The notes beneath the pieces were generated by a model. The model made no database searches. It saw nothing but the letters and a program-made list of their open reading frames with translations, and was not told the origin of the DNA. A DNA stretch of 64,000 bases, from positions 4,898,001 through 4,962,000 of the forward strand of contig CATNEN010000002.1 in the NCBI GenBank assembly GCA_950097015.1, read 5' to 3'. The DNA comes from Macrostomum hystrix. Lineage: Eukaryota > Animalia > Platyhelminthes. Shown here piece after piece: positions 37,140-50,199 of this stretch. Position 1 is the first letter of the stretch. Each line of letters opens with the position of its first letter. The position numbers and the translations under genes were made by a program.

Positions 37140-38690
37140 TATTGACTAAGAAATATTAGTGCCCCGAAAGCACGAACGAAGAATCACGAGAGAGGCAAAA
37201 ACTTGGCGAAAGCAGCAGCGAAACCCCCGATTATATTGATTTGTAATATTAACCTCAACAACAAGGATAAAAGGAAATTGAAGAACAACCTGAAAACGAG
37301 GCCTGCATAATAGAACGACTGGAATAAACTACCCCGCGCCGGCGGAGGGGTGGGTGCACACACCTAAGCGAGACAGGTGAGCGGACGCACGCAGCGGGGG
37401 GCGCACAGAGCAAGCGTGCTTGGGCGGGCCCAGAGCAAACCGCAGGATTAGTGCCCCGAAAGCACGAACAAAGAAGCGTGAGACAGGCACAAACTTTGCG
37501 AAAGCAGCAGCGAAACCTCCAAAGCCAAAGCAACGAAGAGGAAGCGACAAATACAACAAAGAAAGGGAGGGTAAGCGACAAAGAGTCACAACGAGACAGA
37601 ATGTGGAACTAAAACTAGAGTCCCTACACCATCTGCAAACACGAGGGATGCCGCCATGCCCTGCTGAAACTGCGGGAAGTACCGCTGCACCGCATCGCTC
37701 TTCCAGTCACCGATCCGAATGATGTCGGGCACGGGCACGCCTAACACTGAGGCCCAGGTTGCACCGCCTCGGCGAAGGCTGTGTGCTGAGTAGAGCTCAC
37801 GCTTGCGGCTGAGAATTGCCGCCACGTCTAACTTGTCAGATAGAAATCGATCGAGCAGCCTGCCGGTCAGCAGCCGCTGATTGCCACCAGCATCGCCGTA
37901 GGTGAAGAGGATTGCCTCGGCTGATTTCAGGTGTTGAATCTAGCGTGCTTCTCGATTGCCGACACTGGACACATGGCGGCCGCCTCGCTAGCCTCTGTAG
38001 AAGAACCTGGCGCACACGCTCTTTAACCTGGAGAGTTTTCGCTTGCTCCAGGCGCAAGATCAGGCCTCGCGGATGTCGAACAATGTCGGCGCAGCGCACA
38101 CGTGCCGGACCTTTTCCCGTGGCTGGCAGTAAGCTAGATTTGCGGAGCATGCCCCACAAACAGCAGACGGTGACTGCCCAACACGCGAAAGGGGACAGAG
38201 GGACGAGACGCCGGGGTGGCGCAGAGTGGCGGGGGAGGAAGCAGCGCATGCACAAAGGGGGCAGAGGGACGAGACGTGGGGTTGGCGCAGAGTGGCGGGG
38301 GAGGAAGCAGCGCATGCACAAAGGGGGCAGAGGGACGAGACGTGGGGTTGGCGCAGAGTGGCGGGGGAGGAAGCAGCGCATGCACAAAGGGGGCAGAGGG
38401 ACGAGACGTGGGGTTGGCGCAGAGTGACGGGGGAGGAAGCAGCGCATACACAAAGGGGGCAGAGGGACGAGACGTGGGGTTGGCGCAGAGTGGCGGGGGA
38501 GGAAGCAGCGCATGCACAAAGGGGGCAGAGGGACGAGACGTGGGGTTGGCGAGAGTGGTGGGGGAGGAAGCAGCGCATGCACAAAGGGGGCAGAGGGACG
38601 AGACGTGGGGGTGTTGCGAACCGGTCATTAACCCTTTCACAAAAAAGTGAGTATCTTGTCGGAGCTCGCTTTCTTGCTCTTAGCCCATAG
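37140..38690 (-). mobile_element. Tyrosine-recombinase retrotransposon remnant (DIRS/Ngaro-like), frameshifted
   Basis: WGMLRKSSLL (catalytic R), LRLEQAKTLQVKER (K) and YSAHSLRRGGAT...IGDWKSDAVQRY (H-x-x-R, Y). Direct repeat ttagtgccccgaaagcacgaac at ~37157 and ~37449. Confidence 0.8.
38205..38612 (+). repeat. 66-bp GC-rich tandem repeat (~6 copies; ~4 in the duplicate at 43965-44240)
   Basis: GCAGAGTGGCGGGGGAGGAAGCAGCGCATGCACAAAGGGGGCAGAGGGACGAGACGTGGGGTTGGC. Confidence 0.95.
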
Positions 38691-38849
38691 AAAAGATCAT
38701 AACAGGAACCAATAAAATAATGCTGAAAACGAGTTAGGCGCACATATTATGGCAACATTGTGATACTGTTTGGGATATTAAAAATATTTACTTACTATTT
38801 CTGCAGTTGCAGTCTCGCAATCTTTGCTTTGTACTTTGCTAGCTTTTCT

Positions 38850-39420
38850 GATAGCACCATTAAAATAAGGCTTTTGTCTTCAGCTGTGCAAGACTAAGAA
38901 AGTTCTTCACTATCGATGAAATGTCTCCAACGAAAATTTCCCTGACTACCTTTCAAGGATCCCAGATGCATAGGAAAAGAAAATGTACTTCATTTTCTAC
39001 CCCGTCTTTGCACTCAAGGCAAATTATGTCTTCATAGGGGATTTTCGGGCGAACAGATCGCATCGTTTCGCAGGCCAGTTTGTGATTTCCTAAACGAAAA
39101 TTTGACAGTACGCGCCTGTGTTCCGGGTTTAGAAACATTCGCTGGATAGATATTTTTCACGGCAGGAATCTCTCTTAAAACTGTAGTACAAATGGTTGAG
39201 CTTTACAGAATTTTGCACCCTCTGTCTCCTGCAGTGTCCTAAGAAACCACATTGAAAGTTTTCCCTGAGAAGTTTAACTGACTTTGTCTTTGAGTTCAGA
39301 GAACAGTTTCGCATAAGATCGCCACTCATTTTATTGCAATGCCTTCTTCGCTGTATTCCGGGTCCCGTATAAGCTTAAGATATAATGGAGTCTGGGCGAT
39401 GAGATAGGGATGACCAGAAC
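38850..39420 (-). mobile_element. LINE ORF2 3' remnant (CR1/L2/Crack-like)
   Basis: KLNHLYYSFK..CREKYL followed by RRVLSNFRLGNHKLACET...IPYEDIICLECKDGVENEVHFLFLC (CCHC). Confidence 0.75.
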
Positions 39421-40429
39421 TGGAAGCTTCTTTTCTGCACATCGTACAAAAGGGGCAGTCTACCAAGCCCTGATCGGGCCCCATTGCTGTCAGTATTTTT
39501 ATTGAGTTGCCTTGCAGTTCCTAAAATTAATTCTCTCTATTAAGCCTCAAACACAGGGTCCTAAGTTCCAGGAAACAAAGGCGCCCTAGGCCATTGTAAG
39601 CAGCATTAGCTGCTTAAATTTGACGGTTCGAAACCCTTTCAACTTCCTAAGAAACATTGTTGGGTAGAGCCACACCTTTTTGCTAACTTCAACGGCGTGG
39701 GTATCGACTTTCCCCTTCAAGTTTATGTGAAATCCCAGGTATTTCCACTATTGAACTGGTACCACCAGTAGACCTTGCAATATCAACTTATTCGCCCCTG
39801 TTCGTTGGGGAGTTACAGCGAAAAAGCTTTGTTTCTTGAATATTTATTTCAAGTTAATTTGTTAAGCAAAACTCTGCTACTTTGTCCAGACCCTTTGTAG
39901 TTCTGTTAGATCTTCGGCTATAATATTTTTTTGTTTTCAATACTCAGGGGGGTTCTGTTGTCTCGGCTACTCCAAATGGAACCTGAATTTTCCATAAAGC
40001 AGTTTTTAGCCGCCAAAGTCCTGAGCTGGAAATATTTGCCTCATGCATTGGGATTTACAAATTACTAGACGCAGACAGACTTAAAGAGATGATGAAGCAG
40101 CGACAGATATACAGACCAAATGAATGACGAGAGTAAAAATGCTTCATCGTTTTTTATTTTCTAAAAGCTAATTAGTTAAAAAAAATTGCTGGTCGGGTCC
40201 CAGTAAAAACTGCACATAAAGTCGTAAAAATTATATGAAAAATATCAATTTGTTTTTGTCATGGTCTCCAACACAGCCCACTAGGTCTTACTTAGAAAGA
40301 GTTTTTTGAAGGCCTGTCATTGTCAGCTGCCTACTGCCTATCGCAATATATTTGCTCAGCTTCATTATATCGGCCTCAAATTATTTCCCTCCTAAGCGGG
40401 AAAACTTTTTTGCTCAGAGATATGCTACA

Positions 40430-41243
40430 ATGTTGCCGCTACTCTTCTCGCAAGTTGTAACAGTTCTGAGTGTCCTCAGAGGTGCCGCCACAATCAACAA
40501 TGGCTTCATCATCGGCCGGAACGCCAGCTTCCAAGCTCCGTCGGTCACTCAGGAATCGATGGGCGCCAGCTCTGAGCGGCTCTGTGCTTATCTGTGCGGC
40601 TTCAACTCGACCTGCTACGGATTCTTCTGGCTGCTGAGCCACTGCCACCTGATCAGTGCTCAGGCCTTCTACTCAAGCAACTGGACCAGCAGGACTGCGA
40701 TGTGCACCATCTTCATCCGACCACCTAATGGTGAATGAATTGAATTGTTAAGTTAGATCTCAAGGTAGAAATTGATGTGAGTTTTCAAATCGAACTTATG
40801 ACGCACTCATGTCACGTCACTCTCCCACAGCGAATCAGAAGCTTCCGTTTGCCAGCTGTGCCCAGAGTTCCATCGCTCAAGGAAGCCCTTGCGAAAAAGC
40901 GATGGACGGAAACAGAGACCAATATTTCTTCAGCGGTTTCTGCAGCCACACTAGCGACACCACCCTAAACAACGAATGGTGGGAGGGCCAGCTGTCTGCC
41001 GCTGCGGTCATCTCCTACGTCACCCTCTACAACAGACAGGACTGCTGCCCTTGGAGACTTGGTGACTTCGTTCTGCTGCTTGACGAATTACGATGCAATG
41101 AGTACAACAACACCGTTTCTACATTTCTTGTCGGAAACTTCACCTGCACTGGCTTTGGGAGCAGGATTAAAGTCTTCAGCCGACTGCCCACCACTTCAAT
41201 TGTATTGTGCGAGATGGAGGCTTACGGATATTCATTTCCTTGA
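40430..41243 (+). CDS. Secreted PAN-like + F-type lectin, copy D; join(40430..40730,40831..41243)
   Basis: Same structure as copy C, with an open frame after splicing. Confidence 0.88.
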
Positions 41244-41896
41244 TTGCGGCTCGAGCTTCAACAGGGAAGTCGTCGTGAAAGTGAAGTTTTTTGTGTCAAA
41301 TTTCGGAGCACTTTCTTCTTTTACAGTCAAATTTACAGTTCCACTAACTATTGTTAACGAAGTGATGATTTCTGCAGTCTCTAACCAATGTACACGTACT
41401 TTAATTTACTATTGTGTTTTTATCCTGCAGCAAAACAAAAAATCGGTAATCTAATTATTTTTTCGAGCGAACCTTATGCAATTTTTTAAATAAATAAAAA
41501 TACAGTAACATTTTTTCGGAAGAAAAACATAAAGCCGGCTTCAACAGTCGAACTACCTAAAGGGGAAATCCCCTGTAACAAATATTTTTTTGCGCACGCA
41601 AAAAATTTGCTGATTTTTTGCAAATATGACAATAGTAGCAATTGAAAGGTTAAAAATAAACTTTGAATGGATCGAAGTGAAACATCTTGGTAATGCATAA
41701 TCGGTAGGAAAATGGTATGCGAAAGAAAGGAGCTCGGTGCGCATATTTTTGCCATACTGTGATATTATTAGGCATATAAAAACACGTTTCTTTACTCTTT
41801 CTAGGAGCTGCAGTCTCGGAATCTCTGTTAAGTTTTCTGCTGTGAGACTTGAAAGGAAAATAACGTTATTGCCACAGCCCACTAGTTCTGCATAGA

Positions 41897-42825
41897 ATGA
41901 ATTTTTTGGAGGCCTGTCATATTGTCTGCTTCCAACTGCCCATCTCAATATATCAGCTCAGCTTCATTCCATTGGACTCAAATTATTTCCTTTCTAAGCG
42001 GGACAACTGTTTTGCTCGGATATATTCAACAGAGATGTTGCCGCTGCTCTTCTCGCAGGTTAGCGCGGGTGTGGCGCAGTGGGGCGGGGGAGGACGCAGC
42101 GCGCGCACAAAAGGGGCAGAGGAACGAGACGCGGGGGTGGCGCAGAGTGGCGGAGAGACGGAAGCCGTCGTGAAAGTTATAATAACATCAAACTGAAGTC
42201 TTTTGTATCAAATTTCGGAACACTTTCTCCTTTTACAGTAAACTTTACAGTTTTCACTGACTACTTCGTATTGCTGACGAAGTGATGATAATGTAGGCAG
42301 TTATTCTCTAACCACTGTACACATACTTTAATTTACTACTAGTCTAGTATCTTTATCCTGCAGCTAAACTAAAAGTCGGTAATCATTTGTTTCTAAGCAA
42401 ACTTTCTATTATTTTTAACTAAAGTCCCGTTCAATCCTGTTGTAATGGTTCACTGTCAGTGGAAGTGTTGTATTTAGAAGGACTCAAAAATGATTAGTCC
42501 ACATACGGTAACACAAAATGCATCAAAACAATCAGCATTGAGCCTCACGGACAGCCAGGCCAACACGTGGTGGGAGGGCCAACTGTCCGCGGACGCAGTC
42601 ATCTTCTACGTCACCATCTACAACAGGCAAGACAGCCGCCCGGAGAGACTGGGAAACTTCATCCTGCAGCTGAATGGACTTCAGTACAACAAATACAACA
42701 CCGGAAAATTCAGCGTGATCAACATGACCTTCGCTGGCCACGGAAGCAGGCTGCGGGTTTTTAGTCGGCTCGTTGACTCGCTACAGATCTGCGAGTTTGA
42801 GGTCTATGGCTTCAGCTTTCCTTAG
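41897..42825 (+). pseudogene. Duplicate of the decayed lectin paralogs at 36069-37063
   Basis: Leader MLPLLFSQ (ATG 42035) runs into the GC-rich repeat. The 5'-deleted lectin exon ends at 42825. Confidence 0.75.
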
Positions 42826-42899
42826 ACCATTGTTTTGGATGCGAACGATGAGTCGCTCATCATTTGGCTTGAGTTGTTTAGGCCGTTAAGTCGTTCATT

Positions 42900-44325
42900 T
42901 CTATTGACTAAGAAATATTAGTGCCCCGAAAGCACGAACGAAGAATAACGAGAGAGGCAAAAACTTGGCGAAAGCAGCAGCGAAACCCCCGATTATATTG
43001 ATTTGTAATATTAACCGCAACAACAAGGATTAAAGGAAATTGAAAAACAACCTGAAAACGAGGCCTGCATAATAGAACGACTGGAATAAACTACCCCGCG
43101 CCGGCGGAGGGGTGGGTGCACACACCTAAGCGAGACAGGTGAGCGGACGCACGCGGTGGGGGGGCGCACAGAGCAAGCGTGCTTGGGCGGGCCCAGAGCA
43201 AACCGCAGGATTAGTGCCCCGAAAGCACGAACAAAGAAGCGTGAGACAGGCACAAACTTTGCGAAAGCAGCAGCGAAACCTCCAAAGCCAAAGCAGCGAA
43301 GAGGAAGCGACAAATACAACAAAAAGGGAGGGTAAGCGACAAAGAGTCACAACGAGACAGAATGTGGAACTAAAGCTAGAGTCCCTACACCATCTGCAAA
43401 CACGAGGGATGCCGCCATGCCCTGCTGAAACTGCGGGAAGTACCGCTGCACTGCATCGCTCTTCCAGTCACCGATCCGAATGATGTCGGGCACGGGCACG
43501 CCTAACACTGAGGCCCAGGTCGCACCGCCTCGGCGAAGGCTGTGTGCTGAGTAGTGCTCACGCTTGCGGCTGAGAAGCCGCCACGTCTAACTTGTCAGAT
43601 AGAAATCGATCGAGCAGCCTGCCGGTCAGCAGCCGCTGATTGCCACCAGCATCGCCGTAGGCAAATGGGATTGCCTCGGCTGATTTCAGGGTGTTGAATC
43701 TAGCGTGCTTCTCGATTGCCAATCACTGGACACATGGCGGCCGCCTCGCTAGCCTCTGTAGAAGCACCTGGCGCACACGCTCTTTAACCTGGAGAGTTTT
43801 CGCTTGCTCCAGGCGCAAGATCAGGCCTCGCGGATGTCGAACAATGTCGGCGCAGCGCACAAGTGCCGGACCTTTTCCCGTGGCTGGCAGTAAGCTAGAT
43901 TTGCGGAGCATGCCCCACAAACAGCAGACGGTGACTGTCCAACACGCGAAAGGGGACAGAGGGACGAGACGTGGGGGTGGCGCAGAGTGGCGGGGGAGGA
44001 AGCAGCGTATGCACAAAGGGGGCAGAGGAACGAGACGTGGGGTTGGCGCAGAGTGGCGGGGGAGGAAGCAGCGTATGCACAAAGGGGGCAGAGGGACGAG
44101 ACGTGGGGTTGGCGCAGAGTGGCGGGGGAGGAAGCAGCGCATGCACAAAGGGGGCAGAGGGACGAGACGTGGGGTTGGCGAGAGTGGTGGGGGAGGAAGC
44201 AGCGCATGCACAAAGGGGGCAGAGGGACGAGAAGTGGGGGTGTCGCGAACCGGTCATTAACCCTTTCACAAAAAAGTGAGTATCCTGTCGGAGCTCGCTT
44301 TCTTGCTCTTAGCCCATAGAAAAGT
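42900..44325 (-). mobile_element. Second copy of the tyrosine-recombinase retroelement remnant
   Basis: Near-identical to 37140-38690. Confidence 0.8.
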
Positions 44326-44995
44326 TTCGAAGCCTCGAATTTACCTACCGTCGCAAATATGGCTTCTAAAACTATTTTTACAATGCAGGAGTGCTATTGT
44401 TTGTCGGCTTTTTAACTGTGTGCGACTTTAGGCTTGCCCGCAAAACAAAACAGCCTTGACAACTTTGACAATTTCGACTTTGTTAAATTTCGGCTGTGTT
44501 AAACGCACCCTTTTTCTTTTCCAGGGTATTCTTAGCCAACTATTACTTATTTACATTGCTTTCGAGTACTAATATTGTATGGCAAACGAATGATTGCTTT
44601 GAATTTCACTGAAGCTGCTGAACAGCCTCCTAAAGTACAATTGCTACTGTTCCTTTTTGCGTGGGGATGGGTAGTGTTATTTACTATTGTACTTTTTATT
44701 AAATCGGCACGCTTTAAAGGTGATTATTTTTATATATAGAAAGTTTTAATACATAATGGTTATTTATGGTTACTTATTCGATTTAGTTAAATAGACGAAT
44801 AAAGGTTATTTATGGTTACTTATGCGATTTAGTTAAATAGACGAATAAAGGTTATTTATGGTTACTTAAATGCGATTTAGTTAAATAAGCGAATAACAGA
44901 AGAATATAACAAAAGTGACATTGTAAAAGAATTAAGCCAGATGGTTAGAGTTAATAGAAATGAATCATATTAATTGGTTTGTACATAAATGCTAA
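44325..44995. other. ~670-bp AT-rich segment present in duplication unit 2 but absent from unit 1, with a ~46-bp triple repeat
   Basis: Unit 1 reads cccatagaaaag|atcataacagg. Unit 2 has the extra segment between these flanks. Confidence 0.8.
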
Positions 44996-45149
44996 GATCA
45001 TAACAGGAACCAATAAAAGAATGCTGAAAACGAGTTAGGCGCACATATTATGGCAACATTGTGATACTGTTTGGGATATTAAAAATATTTACTTACTATT
45101 TCTGCAGTTGCAGTCTCGCAATCTTTGCTTTGTACTTTGCTAGCTTTTC

Positions 45150-45720
45150 TGATAGCACCGTTAAAATAAGGCTTTTGTCTTCAGCTGTGCAAGACTAAGA
45201 AAGTTCTTCAATATCGATGAAATGTCTCCAACGAAAATTTCCCTGACTACCTTTCAAGGATCCCAGATGCATAGGAAAAGAAAATGTACTTCATTTTCTA
45301 CCCCGTCTTTGCACTTAAGGCAAATTATGTCTTCATAGGGGATTTTCGGGCGAACAGAACGCATCGTTTCGCAGGCCAGTTTGTGATTTCCTAAACGAAA
45401 ATTTGACAGTATGCGCCTGTGTACCGGGTTTAGAAAAATTCGCTGGATAGATATTTTTCAAGGCAGGAATCTCTCTTAAAACTGTAGTACAAATGGTTGA
45501 GCTTTACAGAATTTTGCACCCTCTGTCTCCTGCAGTGTCCTAAGAAACCACATTGAAAGTTTTCCCTGAGAAGTTTAACTGACTTTGTCTTTGAGTTCAG
45601 AGAACAGTTTCGCATAAGAACGCCACTCATTTTATTGCAATGCCTTCTTCGCTGTATTCCGGGTCCCGTATAAGCTTAAGATATAATGGAGTCTGGGCGA
45701 TGAGATAGGGATGACCAGAA
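45150..45720 (-). mobile_element. Duplicate LINE ORF2 3' remnant
   Basis: Near-identical to 38850-39420. A more diverged fragment lies at ~48345-48475. Confidence 0.75.
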
Positions 45721-46730
45721 CTGCATGGAAGCTTCTTTTCTGCACATCGTACAAAAGAGGCAGTCTACCAAGCCCTGATCGGGCCCCATTGCTGTCAGTA
45801 TTTTGATTGAGTTGCCTTGCAGTTCCTAAAATTAATTCTCTCTGATTAAGCCTCCAACACAGGGTCCCAAGTTCCAGAAAACAAAGGCGCCCTAGGCCAT
45901 TGTAAGCAGCATTAGCTGCTTAAATTTGACGGTTCGGAACCCTTTCAACTTCCTAAGAAACATTGTTGGGTAGCCACACTTTTTGCTAACTTCAATGGCG
46001 TGGGTATCGACTTTCCCCTTCAAGTTTATGTGAAATCCCAGGTATTTCCACTATTGAACTGGTACCACCAGTAGACCTTGCAATATCAACTTATTCGCCC
46101 CTGTTCGTTGGGGAGTTACAGCGAAAAAGCTTTGTTTCTTGAATATTTATTTCAAGTTAATTTGTTAAGCAAAACTCTGCTACTTTGTCCACCCTTTTGT
46201 AGTTCTGTTAGATCTTCGCCTATCATATTTTTTGTTTTCAATACTCAGGGGGGTTCTGTTGTCTCGGCTACTCCAAATGGAACCTGAATTTTCCATAAAG
46301 CAGTTTTTAGCCGCCAAAGTCCTGAGCTGGAAATATTTGCCTCATGCATTGGGATTTACAAATTAATAGAAGCAGACAGACTTAAAGAGATGATGAAGCA
46401 GCGACAGATATACAGACCAAATGAATGACGAGAGTAAAAATGCTTCATCGTTTTTTATTTTCTAAAAGCTAATTAGTTAAAAAAAATTGCTGGTCGGGTC
46501 CCAGTAAAAACTGCACATAAAGTCGTAAAAATTATATGAAAAATATCAATTTGTTTTTGTCATGGTCTCCAACACAGCCCACTAGGTCTTACTTAGAAAG
46601 AGTTTTTTGAAGGCCTGTCATTGTCAGCTGCCTACTGCCTATCGCAATATATTTGCTCAGCTTCATTATATCGGCCTCAAATTATTTCCCTCCTAAGCGG
46701 GAAAACTTTTTTGCTCAGAGATATGCTACA

Positions 46731-47544
46731 ATGTTGCCGCTACTCTTCTCGCAAGTTGTAACAGTTCTGAGTGTCCTCAGAGGTGCCGCCACAATCAACA
46801 ATGGCTTCATCATCGGCCGGAACGCCAGCTTCCAAGCTCCGTCGGTCACTCAGGAATCGATGGGCGCCAGCTCTGAGCGGCTCTGTGCTTATCTGTGCGG
46901 CTTCAACTCGACCTGCTACGGATTCTTCTGGCTGCTGAGCCACTGCCACCTGATCAGTGCTCAGGCCTTCTACTCAAGCAACTGGACCAGCAGGACTGCG
47001 ATGTGCACCATCTTCATCCGACCACCTAATGGTGAATGAATTGAATTGTTAAGTTAGATCTCAAGGTAGAAATTGATGTGAGTTTTCAAATCGAACTTAT
47101 GACGCACTCATGTCACGTCACTCTCCCACAGCGAATCAGAAGCTTCCGTTTGCCAGCTGTGCCCAGAGTTCCATCGCTCAAGGAAGCCCTTGCGAAAAAG
47201 CGATGGACGGAAACAGAGACCAATATTTCTTCAGCGGTTTCTGCAGCCACACTAGCGACACCACCCTAAACAACGAATGGTGGGAGGGCCAGCTGTCTGC
47301 CGCTGCGGTCATCTCCTACGTCACCCTCTACAACAGACAGGACTGCTGCCCTTGGAGACTTGGTGACTTCGTTCTGCTGCTTGACGAATTACGATGCAAT
47401 GAGTACAACAACACCGTTTCTACATTTCTTGTCGGAAACTTCACCTGCACTGGCTTTGGGAGCAGGATTAAAGTCTTCAGCCGACTGACAACTAGTTCAT
47501 TTGTATTGTGTGAGGTGGAGGCTTACGGATATTCATTTCCTTGA
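46731..47544 (+). CDS. Secreted PAN-like + F-type lectin, copy E; join(46731..47031,47132..47544)
   Basis: Same protein as D except the last strand region (RLTTSSFVLCEVEAY). Confidence 0.88.
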
Positions 47545-49489
47545 TTGCGGCTCGAGCTTCAACAGGGAAGTCGTCGTGAAAGTGAAGTTTTTTGTGTCAA
47601 ATTTCGGAGCACTTTCTTCTTTTACAGTCAAATTTACAGTTCCACTAACTATTGTTAACGAAGTGATGATTTCTGCACAGTTTTTCTCTAACCAATTTAA
47701 ACGTACTTTAATTTACTATACATTTTGTGTTTTTATCCCGCAGCAAAACAAAAAATCGGTTGTTGTTTGTTTTTTCTAGAGCCAACTTTATGAATTTTTA
47801 TAAAATAAGAAAAATACAGTGACACTGTTTTCGGAAGGAAAACATAAAGCCGGCTTCAACAGTCGAACTACCTAAAGGGGAAATCCCCTGTAACAAATAT
47901 TTTTTTTGCGCACTCTAAAAATTTGCTGATTTTTTGCAAATATGACAATAGTAGCAATTGAAAGGTTAAAAATAAACTTTGGATGGATCGAAGTGAAACA
48001 TCTTGGTAATGCATAATCGGTAGGAAAAAGTTATGCGAAAGAAAGGAGCTCGGTGCGCATATTTTTGCCATACTGTGATATTATTAGGCATATAAAAACA
48101 CGTTTCTTTACTCTTTCTAGGAGCTGCAGTTTCGGAATCTCTGTTAAGTTTTCTATGCACGAGTAGTTTGCTAGCTTTCCTGTTACCTCTGTATTTTCCT
48201 GCACCATTAAAAAAGGCTTTTGTCCTCTGCTGTGAGACTTGAAAGGAAAATACCGTTTTTGTCACAGCCTCCAACACAGCCCACTAGTTCTACATAGAAT
48301 GAATTTTTCGGAGGCCTGTCATATTGTCAGCTTCCTACTGCCCAACGAAATTTTCCTGACCGCCTTATAAGAATCCCAGTTGCACCGGAATGGAAAATGT
48401 ACTTCGTTTCCGACCTGGACTTTGCACTTCGGGTAAATTCTGTTTTCATAAGGTGTTTTCAGGCTAACACAACTTAGGCCAGTCTTTTTGTGCTACACCC
48501 GAACGGAGCATGGCAAGCACACGAAACTCAACAACACGGGCCAACCTTTTGTGGCGCATCTTCTGAAACAAGAATCAAATCTGCAGCCCTCAATCAGTTC
48601 CGTCTAGAAAAACATCGGAGACCAACGAAGTCGGAGATGATGCAGGCACATTCGGGTGACGTGCTGATAAAGTTTGCTTGCCTGTGGCAAGGCCGCAATG
48701 ACGCGCACTGCAAATTCGCGTATCGAAATACACTAGCTCTTATGGGAAAAGTCAGACCTTCGGCAAGAACCGTTGAATATCTCGACGGTCTGAAGGGCTG
48801 GCGACTTGATTCTTGTTTCAGAAGATGCACAAGAAAGTGTTTCTACTGCATAAATAATTAAGGGGCTCTCCCATTCCCGACCAAGCTATTTAGCATGGTG
48901 TAGCACCACTACGTGTACACTTGGTACGAGGCAGATGGTTTAGTGCTTTTGTCACCACACTTTAAACATACGGAATCTATTGCCAAAACCAGCTACTGAC
49001 TGCTGCAGCAATCAGTCTCAGAATGTCTTTTGCAACCGATGTGCATACATGGGTATATGCGAGCGATGCTTTTGAGTTTATCGGTTAGTATTCATAGTAA
49101 TTTTGTAGTAAGACACGCACTACGCGCGTGATGAATTTGCCTACCATGGCTGTACTTAGACGCTTTACTGCAGCTACGAGCTAGTTTAGGCAACAGCCGT
49201 GCACAAGGCAGGAGCTCTTCCTCTCTTTCTGCCCCATGTTAAAGCTTTTTAACAAACATGATCAGTGCATAACTTTGAAAGCGCTAGACCCGAGGACAAA
49301 GCAATCTACTTAATAGTGCACGACAATAGAGAGGTATGAAAAACCTGCTCTATTTGTAGATGCTTCCATAATGAGCCATAAATGCCACGTGCTACTATGG
49401 AAGTAGTTCGCCTGTAATTTATATTATTGGATTTCTTTACTGTTACTTACATTTATTTATTTGATGAGCAGTACTGACGCCTGACTTCA

Positions 49490-49930
49490 AGACTTCAGCT
49501 GTGGAAAGGAACGGAGCTGGACGCGAGCAACGGTGGTTGGCATTGAAGGCAGCAACTTGGTACCAGTGCAACCTGCCGGACAACAGAACGGTTCGGCGCC
49601 ATGCAAACCAGATGCGGTGCGATACGAATCAGCGCAATGTGGACCAACAGCCTCGGGGGCTGGCCCGTCAGCCGCTGCAACTGCCGCCGCCCCTACCGCT
49701 GCCACCACCGCCGCCGTCGATGCCGACAACGCCGCCGCCGCCGACAACGCCACCGCCGCCACCGCCATCACCACATCAGCCACCGCCGACGCCGACGCCT
49801 CCAACACTGGCACCGCAGCAGCAGCAGCGGGATCAATCTCCGCAGCACGTGCCTCAAGCAAGATCGTCCAGGATCCGCAAGAGCCCAGATCGTCTGAACT
49901 ATGGTGGGAGAAGTGATTACACCGCGCTGG
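49490..49930 (+). mobile_element. Gypsy-type LTR retrotransposon integrase C-terminal tail remnant
   Basis: YQCNLPDNRTVRRHANQMR, a Pro-rich linker, then RSSRIRKSPDRLNYG. Confidence 0.65.
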
Positions 49931-50199
49931 CAGCTGTCTGTTTAACTGACTGACTATCATTTCATTGTACGGTGCAGCCATGTGCAGCCAGCGCGCGTAC
50001 GCTGAGTACACCGCGCTGGCAGCCGTCTGTTTAACTGGCTGACTATCAATTCATTGTACGCGCTATTTTATTACCTCTAATCCTTGCACCCAACGTGCCG
50101 TCGCCTAAAATATATATATCGGCTGTTCTCAGGACCATGGAGCTCTGACTGTTTTCGTTGCTCTCGTGCACTAAATATCACCAGTCTAGAGTTATTTCA

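Larger units (their letters stand above)
34430..48345 (+). repeat. Tandem segmental duplication: units ~34430-40260, ~40260-46560 and partial ~46560-48345
   Basis: Lectin ATGs at 34585, 40430 and 46731 (spacing 5845 and 6301 bp). Flanking TE remnants are duplicated with them. Confidence 0.93.

Noticed and set aside
37836-38743. Six overlapping long ORFs on both strands (and 43691-44319)
   Set aside because: Caused by the GC-rich 66-bp repeat; only the YR-motif segments are meaningful.
49487-50011. Ala-rich and Pro-rich overlapping ORFs as a possible cellular gene
   Set aside because: Flanked by Gypsy integrase-tail motifs; it is the low-complexity linker of a retrotransposon remnant.
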